Shown here piece by piece: positions 40,701 to 51,671 of a stretch of 64,000 nucleotides of DNA. The notes below the pieces were generated by a model. That model did no database searches. It was not told the origin of the DNA and saw only the letters and a program-made list of their open reading frames with translations. Each line of letters opens with the position of its first letter. Position 1 is the stretch's first letter. The stretch lies in assembly GCA_016717725.1 (NCBI GenBank), contig JADKFA010000002.1, forward strand, positions 78,226 to 142,225. The letters are read 5' to 3'. The stretch comes from Bacteroidota bacterium (GTDB lineage Bacteria > Bacteroidota > Bacteroidia > AKYH767-A > OLB10). The position numbers and the translations under genes were made by a program.

Positions 40701-42269
40701 ATCAACATCGTCATTAGAATATTGCCATTGGTAAGTTTGACCAGTTCCACCAGATGTACCAGTAAGAGAAAGGTTAAGGTTAACAGTAGTAGTATTACAG
40801 AATTGAGTAATGTTTGATTGAGCAGATCCAGCCGTAGGAGGATCAATACAAACTGGCTCAGGTTGCAAGTCTACAAGATAATCTTCTGTTTCACCATAAG
40901 AATAAGTTCCGCAAGCTGTAATAGCTGATGATTCTTTAATTATTACACGCATTCCTGTTAAACCAGAAGGACCTCCAGTAGGAATTGTAAAATTAAATAG
41001 AGGAACAGAGTTTAATGCTGTTGTAGTATTATAAGAAGCTACTCTTTCAGCAGGATCTTCATAAGTTCCACTTTGGTTTATATCAATAAATACAGCAACA
41101 TAAGCACCATAATGGCTACCTGAACAAGAACCGTTGCGTACGCGCATACTTTGCGGTGTATTGAAATAAATTACAGGCGCAGGAACGGCTGTATTATTAG
41201 TATATGTTTCACATGCAGTTGCTGCAGTTCCAACATATAAAGTACCTAATTCAACAGAATCAATTTTTGTATCTGCAGAATTAGTTGCATTTGAAGCACA
41301 ATAGCAATTTAGGAATGAATTTACACCAACAAGAACAGAATTAGATGTTCCTGGGTTTGGATCGTATAAACATGAAACGATACAATGGAAATACTTAGGT
41401 GTAGCACCCATGGTGAATGCAGCAGAAGAAGAATTCGTTCCGAAAGGTGTCCAGTTTATATCGTCATCAGAATGTTCCCAAACGTAAGATACGTCAGAGC
41501 CTGATGTAACATTTTGTAGACTTAAACCAACAGAAGTTCCACTACATGCATTTGCAGTACTAGCAACTGTATTTCCCGGAGCAGGTTGTCCAGCACAGGG
41601 TGATGCGCTAATAATATCTAATTGAATATTAGGACGAAGTGCGGAAGATGTACTTGATCCTGAATAACTTCCCGGAAGTGCAGCAGGATCAGGATTATAA
41701 GTATCACTGTACAATTGTCTTACTGTTGTGGTAGGAGAAGTGGTAGTGTAGCGCCAGCCTGCAGAGCAGGTATACGAAGCTGCATTCTCATCAATTGCAA
41801 CTATCAGATTTCCGCCGGAGTAGTTAAAAGGAGTGGAAAGCGTAATTTCCATCCAGTTTCCTACAGCAGGGAAAGTGACAATACCAGAGAAACACTGGGT
41901 CATTGCAGATGTCGGTGTATAGTTAGCAGCTCCTGTTGTTAAAGCGGTAAGTGCAGTGTTGCCAAGATAAACCGTCCAGTTGTCGGACGTAGTTGTGGGG
42001 GAGAAAGAAGTTGCATAATAAAATCTGATCTTACTAATTGTTCCCGAACCACTGTAACCTCCGGCAACGATCTCCGCTGATGTATATAACATCTGAGTAT
42101 AAGAATACCCATAGCAGGAACGAATCGGGAAGGACGTTGTTGTTGTCGTACCAGCTCCGATTTGAACTGTTGTTTGTGCCTGTAAGTTGCCGGAAGCTAA
42201 TCCAAGAAGGATCATGAAGCTGACCAGCCAACGAGACATGCTTTTCATTGTGTAACTGTTGTTTTTCAT
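37744..42269 (-). CDS. giant (about 1500 aa) T9SS-secreted protein with Ig-like/PKD-like domains, MopE-type Cys/Asp-rich putative metal-binding repeats, and a type-A C-terminal sorting domain that is out of frame (frameshift at about 37985)
   Basis: Probable start MKNNSYTMKSMSRWLVSFMILLGLASG (42269). Repeats CDDTNPSINPAATEICNSIDDDCDG... and CNDNDNTVYPGATEVCNGVDDDCN... occur twice. The C-terminal sorting domain NVYPNPAADRATIVF...GIYFVVIETNNVVEQIKMIVE* is read only after a +1 shift near CCAAACCTGC. Confidence 0.7.
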
Positions 42270-42767
42270 TTTGTTTATATTTATTGTTAGATTTTTTAAT
42301 TCAGCTCTATAGGTAAAAAGATTTATGAATGCATGTAAATGCATTTTACATAAAGTATTTTCTTCAGTAACATGTAAATTTGTTTTGTTATAACTAGTTC
42401 TAGATTTTGCTGGAATTTCCGGATACACAGCAAAAACAAATATATGACTTCTTATGACAATTGCAAGCATTTTTTTGATTATGTTAATTTCGTTTTGCAA
42501 GTAAGTATTCCCATTTTTTTACAATTGCTTGGTTTTCACAGATTCGAATTTACATTTGATTCCATTTATTTTATCAACTGTTTGGTGAATAGTTAAAAAG
42601 AATAGGTGAAAATGTGTAAGGTTCTTGGATCTTTATTAAAAAAGTGAAGTTTTTTCTTGACTTGTATAGGTTTAATGTAATATCTTGCATGGTTAAGTTA
42701 CTTGCTTTCCAATCTTTCAAGTGCCAATTTTACACTCCCATCATTCAATTATTATCTAAATCAGCTT

Positions 42768-45700
42768 ATGAAAGCAAAGCTATTATCAGTAAATTATGTA
42801 TTATCAATTCTAAGTTTTTTGATGTTTTTTTTCAATGGATTTTCATTTGTCAATGCTCAAGAAAATAGAGTGTATTGGCAAACGATTCCTAAGTCTAGTT
42901 TAATTAATTTAAATAGCAGGTATGCACTCCCAGAAAAGTTTGTCACTTTGCAATGTAATACAAACTTAATTCGACAACAATTAAGTGTTGCTCCTATGGA
43001 GTTTACTTCGGGTGCGTTAAACTCAACTGTTACTTTTAAGATACACATGCCTGATGGTAATATTCTTTCTTTTAAGATGGTAGAATCGATGGTGATGGAT
43101 CCTGTATTAGCAACCCAATTTCCATCCATAAAAACGTATTCAGGACAAGGCATCGAAGAAAGAGATGCTATTTTAAAAGTAAGCATAAGCCCAATTGGAT
43201 TTCATGCTATGATTTTGTCTCCTAAAGGAAATGTTTTTATTGATCCATTGGAGCCCGGGAATACTAATGATTATATAGTATATTTTAGAAATGATTTTAA
43301 AGAATATCGTTCGTTTAATTGTGAGTTGGATAGTTTGCCAATTAATAAAAGTAGATCTTATCAGCAAATTGCAACCGGTCAAGCAAATAAAACACATGGT
43401 ACCCAATTAAGAAATTATCGTTTAGCACTTGCTTGTACAGGTGAATATGCGGCCTATTATGGAGGTACTACATCGGGTGCTATGGCCGGTATGGTTGCTA
43501 CAATGAATCGTGTAAACGGAATTTATGAATCAGAAGTGTCAGTTCGAATGACAATGGTTGCAAACAATAATTTATTGATCTATACAAATGCAAGCACAGA
43601 TCCATTTACGAATACAAATGGTTCTACTATGCTTGGACAAAATATTACGAATTGTAATACCGTCATTGGAAGTGCAAATTATGATATTGGTCATGTTTTT
43701 AGTACCGGTGGAGGTGGAGTTGCTTATTTAGGTGTTCCATGTACTTCGAATAAGGCAGGTGGCGTAACAGGTTCTGGAAGCCCCGTAGGTGATGCTTTTG
43801 ATGTGGATTATGTGGCACACGAAATGGGACATCAATTTGGAGGGAGCCATACTTTTAATGCGACAACAAGTTCTTGTGGTGGAGGTAATAGAAGTGCTTC
43901 AGCAGCTTATGAACCCGGAAGCGGAATTACTATTATGGCATATGCTGGAATTTGTGGTGCTACCAATAATTTGGCCCCAAATAGTATTGCGTATTTTCAT
44001 ACGCATAGCTTCGATCAAATTACTAATTATATCACAACTGGAAGTGGAAATACATGTCCAACAACAACCGCTACAGGGAATACGCCTCCAACTGTTACTC
44101 CAGATGGTTTAAATTATTATATACCTTATTTAACTCCGTTTTCGTTAAATGCAACAGGTTCGGATCCTAACGGTGATGCATTGACGTATTCATGGGAAGA
44201 ATATGATTTGGGTGCAGCTGGGAATTGGAATGCACCCGTAGGCGATGCTCCCATTTTCCGTCCATTTCCTCCCACAAGTACTGGAACTCGTATTTTTCCA
44301 AAAATTTCGGATATCGTAAATAATGCTACAACGATTGGAGAAATTCTACCTAGCTACGCACGCGTATTAAAGTTTAAAGTAACCGCTCGTGATAATAGAG
44401 TAAATGGTGGAGGTGTGAATAGAATTGATGCAAATGTTTTAGTAAATGTCATCAATACAGGTGCTGCGTTCACAGTTACTGCACCTAATACTGCAGTTAC
44501 TTGGGCTACGGGTGCAACGGCAAATGTGACGTGGAATGTATCATCAACAAATATTGCTCCCATCTCCTGTGCTAATGTGAATATTTTATTGTCTACAGAT
44601 GGAGGATATACTTATCCGATAACTCTGCTATCAAATACACCAAATGACGGAAGTGAAAATATTACTGTTCCTGGAAATGTTACTTCTACCGCACGTGTGA
44701 AAGTGGAAGGTGCCGGAAATATCTTTTTTGATATTTCAAATGTAAATTTTAATATTATTGCAGGCGGTGGTGTTTTAACAACAATTTCTACCGATCCTAT
44801 TAGTCCTTTAAATTTATGCCCTGGACAAGCTCTCACCGTTGGATTTGCGGGCAATGGAAATGCAAACGCAGGGAATGTTTATACAGCGCAATTATCTTCG
44901 TCCATAGGTTCGTTTGCAAGTCCAACTAATATTGGAACATTAAGTAGTACCTCCTCTAGTGGAAGTATTTCTTGCATAATTCCAGGAGGAAGTATTGCAG
45001 GTACTGCTTATCGAATTCGAGTTGTTTCTTCTCTCCCCTCTGTGGTGGGTTTGGATAATGGAGCTAATTTAATAATGATTGGAACCCTAGGAGCAACCGG
45101 AACAATTTCTGGTCCGTCTAGCGTTTGTCAAGGACAGAACGGTGTGGTTTATTCAACAACGGCGGTTTCAAATGCATCCAGTTATGCTTGGTCTTTGCCT
45201 ATTGGATTTACCATCACATCAGGATCAGGAACGAATAGTATAACAGTAAGCATAGCCGCAAATGCATCTTCTGGTTCAATTTCAGTAACTCCTTCGAATA
45301 TTTGTACTACGGGTTCTACTTCTAATGCCTATTCCGTTTCCGTTTCTCCACTTCCTTCTACAGCAGGAGTACTATCTGGCATTACCAGTGTATGTCAAGG
45401 TGATCAAAATATCATTTATTCTGTTCCTTCCATATTATTTGCTACAAGTTATTCGTGGAGTTTACCTGTTGGGTTTTCTATCGTTGGAACTCCTACAAAT
45501 AGCATCACGGTTAATGTTGCTCCTGGAGCAGCTTCTGGAACGATATCAGTTTACGGGGTTAATTCATGCGGAAATGGTGGTCCTTCATCTCTAGCTATTG
45601 CGGTGAACTCTGCTCCAAGCGCTGCTATTCTATCAGCGGGTGGACCTCTTACAGTTTGTTCTCCTAATACGGTTTCAATGTCATTCTCTCCTTCTGTTGG

Positions 45701-46910
45701 GGTAGATTATCAGTGGAGATTAAATGGAATTGATTTGTCTGGCGAAACAGCTTCTTCCTATGTTGCCACACAAACTGGTAATTATGATGTGGTGTCGAAT
45801 TTCGCCGCAGTTGGAAGCCAACAATTTTCTACTGCAGTTCCTGCTGTAATACCAGATAATAGTTGTACAGGTGTAGCAAGTCCTATTATTGTAAGCGGAT
45901 ACACGTCATCGATTCCTACATCAAGCATATATGTTCAATTGAATTTAACGCATACTTATGTTGGAGATTTGGATATATTTCTCGAAAGTTCATCAGGAGA
46001 AAGATTAGGACTTAGCGATCAAACTGGGAATGCCGGTAATGGTGGTGTTAATTTTATAAATACAGTTTTTGCAGATTCGGGAGCTACAATTCTGCCTACA
46101 ACGGGTGCTCCTTATTCAGACTTATATAAACCATGGAACGCCATTTTTACAGTGAATTCATGTGCATTAACAACTACGCATACAAGCTTTGCTTCATTGG
46201 GGGGAGGTAGTTTAAATCCGAATGGAACTTGGCATTTGAAAGTGTACGATAGAGCAGGCGTCGATACAGGGAGAGTAGTGAATTGGTCTATTTATTTTCC
46301 TGGAGTGAGTGGCTCGTGTTCGTCTGTTTCAAATGTGCTTTCGGTGGATGTTATTTCACCTATTACGTTTACTTCCTTTAATCCAAGTAGTGGAAATGTT
46401 GGAAATGCGATTTCTTTAGTAGGAACTCAAATGAATACTTTAACAAGTGTTTTATTTAATGGTGTAAACGCAGCATTTGTAGTAGTTAGTAATACTGAAT
46501 TATCAGCTACTGTTCCTGCTGGAGCAACTTCAGGTGTTATCACATTGGTAGGGCCTTGTAATTCGATGAATTCAAGTAGTTCGTTTACTGTAAATACAGG
46601 AAGCTCAAATTTAAATTTATATGTAGCAATAGAAGGATTTTATATCGGTGGTGGAAACATGATTGGAGTCATATCGTCATCAGTAAGCGATACCGTAACT
46701 GTTCAACTTAGAAATACATCATCGCCATATAGCGTTGCGTATACTACAACTGTTACTTTGAACGTGAATGGTCAAGCCTCTATCATTATTCCTGCTCCTT
46801 ATAGTGGAAATTCGTATTATATTGCTGTAAAGCATCGTAACTCCCTCGAAACATGGAGTAAGTTTCCTGTGTTGATGTCGCCCGTTGTAAATTTCACGTT
46901 TAAGAATTAA
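42768..46910 (+). CDS. secreted zinc metalloprotease (metzincin, reprolysin/M12B-like, HExxHxxGxxH) with proprotein-convertase P-domain and multiple Ig-like/IPT domains
   Basis: Probable start MKAKLLSVNYVL... (signal peptide). Zinc motif HEMGHQFGGSH at about 43818-43852. P-domain-like region GDLDIFLESSSGERLGL...GTWHLKVYDRAGVDTGRVVNWSIYF at about 45900-46300. Confidence 0.7.
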   Translation: MKAKLLSVNYVLSILSFLMFFFNGFSFVNAQENRVYWQTIPKSSLINLNSRYALPEKFVTLQCNTNLIRQQLSVAPMEFTSGALNSTVTFKIHMPDGNILSFKMVESMVMDPVLATQFPSIKTYSGQGIEERDAILKVSISPIGFHAMILSPKGNVFIDPLEPGNTNDYIVYFRNDFKEYRSFNCELDSLPINKSRSYQQIATGQANKTHGTQLRNYRLALACTGEYAAYYGGTTSGAMAGMVATMNRVNGIYESEVSVRMTMVANNNLLIYTNASTDPFTNTNGSTMLGQNITNCNTVIGSANYDIGHVFSTGGGGVAYLGVPCTSNKAGGVTGSGSPVGDAFDVDYVAHEMGHQFGGSHTFNATTSSCGGGNRSASAAYEPGSGITIMAYAGICGATNNLAPNSIAYFHTHSFDQITNYITTGSGNTCPTTTATGNTPPTVTPDGLNYYIPYLTPFSLNATGSDPNGDALTYSWEEYDLGAAGNWNAPVGDAPIFRPFPPTSTGTRIFPKISDIVNNATTIGEILPSYARVLKFKVTARDNRVNGGGVNRIDANVLVNVINTGAAFTVTAPNTAVTWATGATANVTWNVSSTNIAPISCANVNILLSTDGGYTYPITLLSNTPNDGSENITVPGNVTSTARVKVEGAGNIFFDISNVNFNIIAGGGVLTTISTDPISPLNLCPGQALTVGFAGNGNANAGNVYTAQLSSSIGSFASPTNIGTLSSTSSSGSISCIIPGGSIAGTAYRIRVVSSLPSVVGLDNGANLIMIGTLGATGTISGPSSVCQGQNGVVYSTTAVSNASSYAWSLPIGFTITSGSGTNSITVSIAANASSGSISVTPSNICTTGSTSNAYSVSVSPLPSTAGVLSGITSVCQGDQNIIYSVPSILFATSYSWSLPVGFSIVGTPTNSITVNVAPGAASGTISVYGVNSCGNGGPSSLAIAVNSAPSAAILSAGGPLTVCSPNTVSMSFSPSVGVDYQWRLNGIDLSGETASSYVATQTGNYDVVSNFAAVGSQQFSTAVPAVIPDNSCTGVASPIIVSGYTSSIPTSSIYVQLNLTHTYVGDLDIFLESSSGERLGLSDQTGNAGNGGVNFINTVFADSGATILPTTGAPYSDLYKPWNAIFTVNSCALTTTHTSFASLGGGSLNPNGTWHLKVYDRAGVDTGRVVNWSIYFPGVSGSCSSVSNVLSVDVISPITFTSFNPSSGNVGNAISLVGTQMNTLTSVLFNGVNAAFVVVSNTELSATVPAGATSGVITLVGPCNSMNSSSSFTVNTGSSNLNLYVAIEGFYIGGGNMIGVISSSVSDTVTVQLRNTSSPYSVAYTTTVTLNVNGQASIIIPAPYSGNSYYIAVKHRNSLETWSKFPVLMSPVVNFTFKN

Positions 46911-46982
46911 TTGTGAATTGTGAATTGTGAATGGTGAATCAGGATTTAATTCTTAATTCTTAATTCTTAATTCTTAATTAAA
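46911..46982. repeat. two adjacent heptamer tandem arrays: (TGTGAAT)x4 then (AATTCTT)x5
   Basis: ttgtgaattgtgaattgtgaatggtgaatcaggatttaattcttaattcttaattcttaattcttaatt. Lies between convergent genes. Confidence 0.9.
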
Positions 46983-47696
46983 TCAATCTTCCTTCATATT
47001 GTGAAAAACATTCTGCACATCATCATCTTCTTCTAGTCTGTCCAATAAATTTTGTAAATCTTTTTGTTGGTCAGCGTTGAGTTCGGTAACTGTAGTTGGA
47101 ATTCGATCAAGTTCTGCACTGATGATGGTGATTTTTTTCTCCTCCAATGCTTTTTGCATTTTGCCGTAATCCGTAAATGAAGTGGTCACGTAAATTCCAT
47201 CTTCTCCCTCTTCTAATTCTTCGGCTCCGAAATCGATCAATTCAAATTCGAGTTCTTCAATATTTGATTTTCCTTTTTCAATGCAGAATATCCCTTTGCG
47301 ATCGAATAGAAAATCTAAGGACCCCGTTTTCCCCATAGCCCCATTGCAGCGATTAAAATGCATGCGAATGTTTGCAACGGTTCTTGTATTATTATCGGTA
47401 GCAGCTTCTACTACTACGGCGATCCCATGCGGACCATAGCCTTCAAATACTACTTCTTCTAAAACTTTCTCGTCTTTGTGTGCCGCTCGTTGAATGGCAG
47501 CTTCTACGCGATCCTTAGGCATGTTTAATGCCTTGGAATTTTGTATAACCATTCGCAAACGAGGATTGCCATCAGGATGTGGTCCACCTAGTTTTACGGC
47601 AATGGCAATTTCTTTTCCTATTCTGGTAAAAGCTTTAGAAGCTTTTGCATTGTTTGCAAACATTTTATGTTTGCGTTTTTCAAATGCACGTCCCAT
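46983..47696 (-). CDS. yebC: YebC/PmpR-family DNA-binding transcriptional regulator
   Basis: 237 aa. N-terminus MGRAFEKRKHKMFANNAKASKAFTRIGKEI is typical of YebC. Confidence 0.9.
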   Translation of the reverse strand: MGRAFEKRKHKMFANNAKASKAFTRIGKEIAIAVKLGGPHPDGNPRLRMVIQNSKALNMPKDRVEAAIQRAAHKDEKVLEEVVFEGYGPHGIAVVVEAATDNNTRTVANIRMHFNRCNGAMGKTGSLDFLFDRKGIFCIEKGKSNIEELEFELIDFGAEELEEGEDGIYVTTSFTDYGKMQKALEEKKITIISAELDRIPTTVTELNADQQKDLQNLLDRLEEDDDVQNVFHNMKED

Positions 47697-47734
47697 AATG
47701 AATAAACTATTTTTTTAGTGATGATTTGCTTTAA

Positions 47735-48834
47735 TTAAACATTAAATCTAAAATGCATGATGTCTCCATCTTGCACTACATATTCTTTTCCTTCCACACT
47801 TAATTTTCCCACTTCTTTGCAGGCTTGTTCAGAACCGAGAGAAATAAAATCGTTGTATTGCATCACTTCAGCACGAATGAATCCTTTTTCAAAATCAGTG
47901 TGTATCACACCTGCAGCTTGTGGTGCTGTCATGCCTTTGTGGATGGTCCAAGCTCTCACCTCTTTAACACCAACCGTAAAATAGGTTTGTAATTGTAATA
48001 GTTGGTATGCCGATTTAATTAATTTACTTACTCCCGATTCAGTCAATCCTAAATCAGAAAGAAAGGCAATGCGGTCTTCATAGCTCTCTAATTCTGCAAT
48101 ATCAGCTTCAATAGCAGCAGCGATTACAATGATTTCTGCATTTTCATTTTTAACTTTCTCGCGCACCATGTCAACGTATTTATTTCCGTTCACCACAGAT
48201 CCTTCATCAACATTGCAAACATACATCACAGGCTTTGCTGTAAGTAACCATAAGTCTGAAACGATTTCCCAATCTGTTTCTGAAAGTGGTGCCGATCTCG
48301 CCGATTCCCCTTTTTCAAGATGCGCTTTTAATGTTTGATATATTTCAAAAGTTTTTTTCGCGTCTTTATCGATTCCAATCTTAGCAACTTTTTCGATACG
48401 TTGCATTCTTTTTCGATGGTTTCGAGGTCTTTTAATTGCAATTCGAAGTCGATCGTTTCTTTGTCACGTACTGGATTTACACTTCCATCTACATGCACAA
48501 CATTGGGATCGTCAAAACAACGAAGTACATGTAAAATTGCATCTGTTTCACGAATGTTTCCTAAAAACTGATTTCCCAATCCTTCCCCCTTGCTAGCACC
48601 TTTAACAAGTCCCGCAATGTCTACTATTTCTACAATAGTGGGAACTACTTTTTGTGGATTTACTAAACCTTCTAAAATTTTTAATCTATCATCTGGTACC
48701 GTGATTACACCAATATTGGGTTCGATGGTACAAAATGGAAAATTGGCCGCTTGTGCTTTCGCATTGGAAAGACAGTTAAATAATGTCGACTTCCCGACGT
48801 TTGGAAGTCCTACAATTCCACATTTTAATCCCAT
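47735..48834 (-). CDS. ychF: redox-regulated ATPase YchF (Obg-family GTPase), interrupted by a frameshift at about 48330-48410
   Basis: N-terminal ORF 48328..48834 ([15 protein letters not shown]). The C-terminal ORF 47735..48406 carries the TGS domain ([11 protein letters not shown]). Confidence 0.9.
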
Positions 48835-48920
48835 AATCGCTTTTCTGAATAAGGGGGCAAAGTTAATGCTTATACCGACGCCAAAAAGGAATGGTTTGTT
48901 GGGTTAAGCTTAGGGTTGGT

Positions 48921-48930
48921 GGGGGGGGGG
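48921..48930. repeat. poly-G(10) homopolymer tract in a divergent intergenic region
   Basis: ggttggtgggggggggggaaaag. Confidence 0.9.
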
Positions 48931-49009
48931 AAAAGATTTTTGGTCTAGAAAGTAATTGGTTATATTTTGTGCTTATAAGCTTTATACTTGTAGTGTTTTT
49001 TAATTAAAA

Positions 49010-50173
49010 TTGCCCAAGGTTATGATCGAAAATAGAAGTAGTTTAAGTTTTTGGGAGCGTCAAACATATTTTGAAGGTGTTGATTTGCTGATTGTTGGGG
49101 CTGGAATTGTAGGCTTAAACTCTGCAAGGGCTGCACAACAGTTAAAACCAAATTGGAAGATTTTAGTAGTAGATCGTGGTCGAATTTTGCCCTATGGGGC
49201 CAGTACTAGAAATGCGGGCTTTGCTTGTTTTGGAAGTATGACGGAATTATTGGAAGACTTAAAAAATTCTCCTGAAAAAGAGGTTTTCGATTTAGTTCAG
49301 AAAAGATGGGAAGGTCTTCAAAAATTAAGAGCTGTCCTAGGTGACGATAATTTAGGTTATGAAGAATTAGGCGGTTATGAATTGTTCACTCCTCAAGAGG
49401 AAGAGATATGGAAGGATTGTTTAGATAAGATGGATGGATTTAATCAACAGTTAACTTACATCAGCGGAATGAAAAATACGTATCAAAAAGCCTCATCTGA
49501 AATTGATAAATTTGGCTTTGCAGGAGTGAAAAACCTCATCAAGAATGTTGGGGAAGGACAAATTGATACAGGGAAAATGATGAAGAGTTTACTTTCCTTG
49601 GTGCGGAATAAAAATATCGAAGTGTTGAATGGTATTGAAATTAAAGGTTGGCATCTAAAGGAAGATTGTTTGTTAGTTGAAACAGCCAATGGATTTAGCA
49701 TTCCTACACAACAACTTTTAATTACGACCAATGCTTTCGCAAAACAGTTGTTGCCCGATGCATTGGTTGAGCCAGGTCGAGCGCAAGTGTTGATCACAAA
49801 GCCAATTCATCAACTTAAAGTGAAAGGAACTTTTCACTATGAAAAAGGTTATTATTATTTTAGAAATGTTGGCGATCGAATCTTGTTTGGAGGTGGAAGA
49901 AATCTTGATTTTAAAACAGAGAATACTTTTGAATTCGGACTCACATCTACCGTGCAAGACCATCTTGAGAAACTTTTGTCGACAATGATATTGCCAAATC
50001 AACCCCTTGAAATTGATCAGCGCTGGAGTGGTATTATGGGATTAGGACCTGTAAAATCTTCTATCATCAAAAGAGTAGAAGAACGGATATGCTGTGCCGT
50101 TAGGATGGGCGGTATGGGTGTTGCTATCGGAACTCAGGTAGGTGAAGACGCAGCGCATTTGGTTTGTGATTAA
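49010..50173 (+). CDS. FAD-dependent oxidoreductase (DAO family, glycine/D-amino-acid oxidase-like)
   Basis: Rossmann dinucleotide motif LLIVGAGIVGLNSARAA. Confidence 0.75.
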   Translation: MPKVMIENRSSLSFWERQTYFEGVDLLIVGAGIVGLNSARAAQQLKPNWKILVVDRGRILPYGASTRNAGFACFGSMTELLEDLKNSPEKEVFDLVQKRWEGLQKLRAVLGDDNLGYEELGGYELFTPQEEEIWKDCLDKMDGFNQQLTYISGMKNTYQKASSEIDKFGFAGVKNLIKNVGEGQIDTGKMMKSLLSLVRNKNIEVLNGIEIKGWHLKEDCLLVETANGFSIPTQQLLITTNAFAKQLLPDALVEPGRAQVLITKPIHQLKVKGTFHYEKGYYYFRNVGDRILFGGGRNLDFKTENTFEFGLTSTVQDHLEKLLSTMILPNQPLEIDQRWSGIMGLGPVKSSIIKRVEERICCAVRMGGMGVAIGTQVGEDAAHLVCD

Positions 50174-50196
50174 TTGAAAAGAACCAATTTTTTGCT

Positions 50197-51081
50197 CTAA
50201 GCTTCGTAGAACTTAATATTATGTTCTCGTAAAAAGTTTTTAATGATTCCAACATGTACACATTGCCCAACGTGTAAAAAAGGAGTGTTGGTCACTCTTT
50301 TTGAGGAGGGTCCATTCGGTATTTCATGATTTTCCAAGTCGAATCCCAAATGCAAATGTCGAGTTGAACTTTGCATTCCATACACCAATCCATCTGGATC
50401 AAATAAAGGTCCGCCACTTTGTCCTCTTAATCCAGGTGAACTTAACTCGATACCTGCAATGAGACCGTGTTGTTTAATCAAACGGGTAATAATCCCTTCA
50501 ATGGGAAACGATGGGGTGCGCGGATTTCCTTCTCTCGTCCATTCAATATCATCCTTTTGATAATTGTAAGTGTAATTGCTGAATTCAGGAAAGGGATAGC
50601 CTGATCTACACATCATACGTCCCGGTTTAGCCATTTGGTCGTCTGCTAAAAAACGGGCATGGTTATGATAATAGTGTTGAGTAAATCCTTTGAATTTGAT
50701 AATCGCTAAATCCACTAATGGATGTATAAAGCATTCATAGCCAGATATTTTATCAAAACAATCTGCAAAAAAATGTTTGGCTTGAATTACGGTCTCAGAG
50801 GTGTATTTATTCGATAATTCCAATTCTTTCATATTGGATTCGAACTGATCGTCTTTATTTAGCCGAAATCGTGCTTGGGTAAAAAGTAAATATTGTTGAT
50901 TTATTTTTTCTGATTGAAGGATTTGTTCGGCCACATGACGGCAAGTGATTGCAACACCTTCTTCATTGACAAAGAACAGAGTAGAGGCTCCAGGAAACAC
51001 TTTGCTAGAGCCATAAGTCCGCATAATCGTGTGAATAGGTCGAGTAAAACGGTTGATTTCTTCTATGGCTTTAACAAACAT
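50197..51081 (-). CDS. trypsin-like (S1-type) serine peptidase, apparently cytoplasmic
   Basis: His region ITCRHVAE and Ser region GQSGGPLFD. No signal peptide. Confidence 0.6.
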   Translation of the reverse strand: MFVKAIEEINRFTRPIHTIMRTYGSSKVFPGASTLFFVNEEGVAITCRHVAEQILQSEKINQQYLLFTQARFRLNKDDQFESNMKELELSNKYTSETVIQAKHFFADCFDKISGYECFIHPLVDLAIIKFKGFTQHYYHNHARFLADDQMAKPGRMMCRSGYPFPEFSNYTYNYQKDDIEWTREGNPRTPSFPIEGIITRLIKQHGLIAGIELSSPGLRGQSGGPLFDPDGLVYGMQSSTRHLHLGFDLENHEIPNGPSSKRVTNTPFLHVGQCVHVGIIKNFLREHNIKFYEA

Positions 51082-51139
51082 AAATTTGTTCTTTGTTCAG
51101 AAAGACTTTTCTTTGATGTAAAATTAAACAACATTAACC

Positions 51140-51649
51140 ATGAAAATAGCACTTAAGTACGCTTTAATATACAGCGGTATTAACATTGTTTGGGGTCTTT
51201 TAATGTTTGTAACCGACCTTACCCGTTCGGATATGAGCTGGGTTTTTAACCTTTTAAGTATGGTAATTCCTATTATCTGTATTGTTATGGCTACGAAAGA
51301 GTACAAGGCTACTATTGGAAATGGCTGGATGAAGTTTTCGGATGTATTTAAACAAGGATTGTTAATATGCGTCATTGGCGGGATTATTACAGCTGCTTAT
51401 ACCGTTTTGTATGTAAGTGTGATTGATCCGGAATTCATGACTTTTATTCAAGAAAAGCAAATGAATAAAATGTTAGAGATGGGTATGCCAGAGGAGCAAA
51501 TTGAATTAGCTCTTAACCAAAGCGCAAAATTCCAAACTCCATTTTGGATGTTCACCTGGACATTATTAGGTTCCATCTTAATTGGAACAATTATATCCTT
51601 GATAATGGCTGCAGTTTTAAAGAAACCCAATCCAGAAGAGATTGCCTAA
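51140..51649 (+). CDS. DUF4199-family membrane protein
   Basis: 169 aa, 4 TM. An architecture common in Bacteroidota. Family assignment from memory. Confidence 0.6.
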   Translation: MKIALKYALIYSGINIVWGLLMFVTDLTRSDMSWVFNLLSMVIPIICIVMATKEYKATIGNGWMKFSDVFKQGLLICVIGGIITAAYTVLYVSVIDPEFMTFIQEKQMNKMLEMGMPEEQIELALNQSAKFQTPFWMFTWTLLGSILIGTIISLIMAAVLKKPNPEEIA

Positions 51650-51671
51650 CGAAGATTAGAAAAACAGTTTT

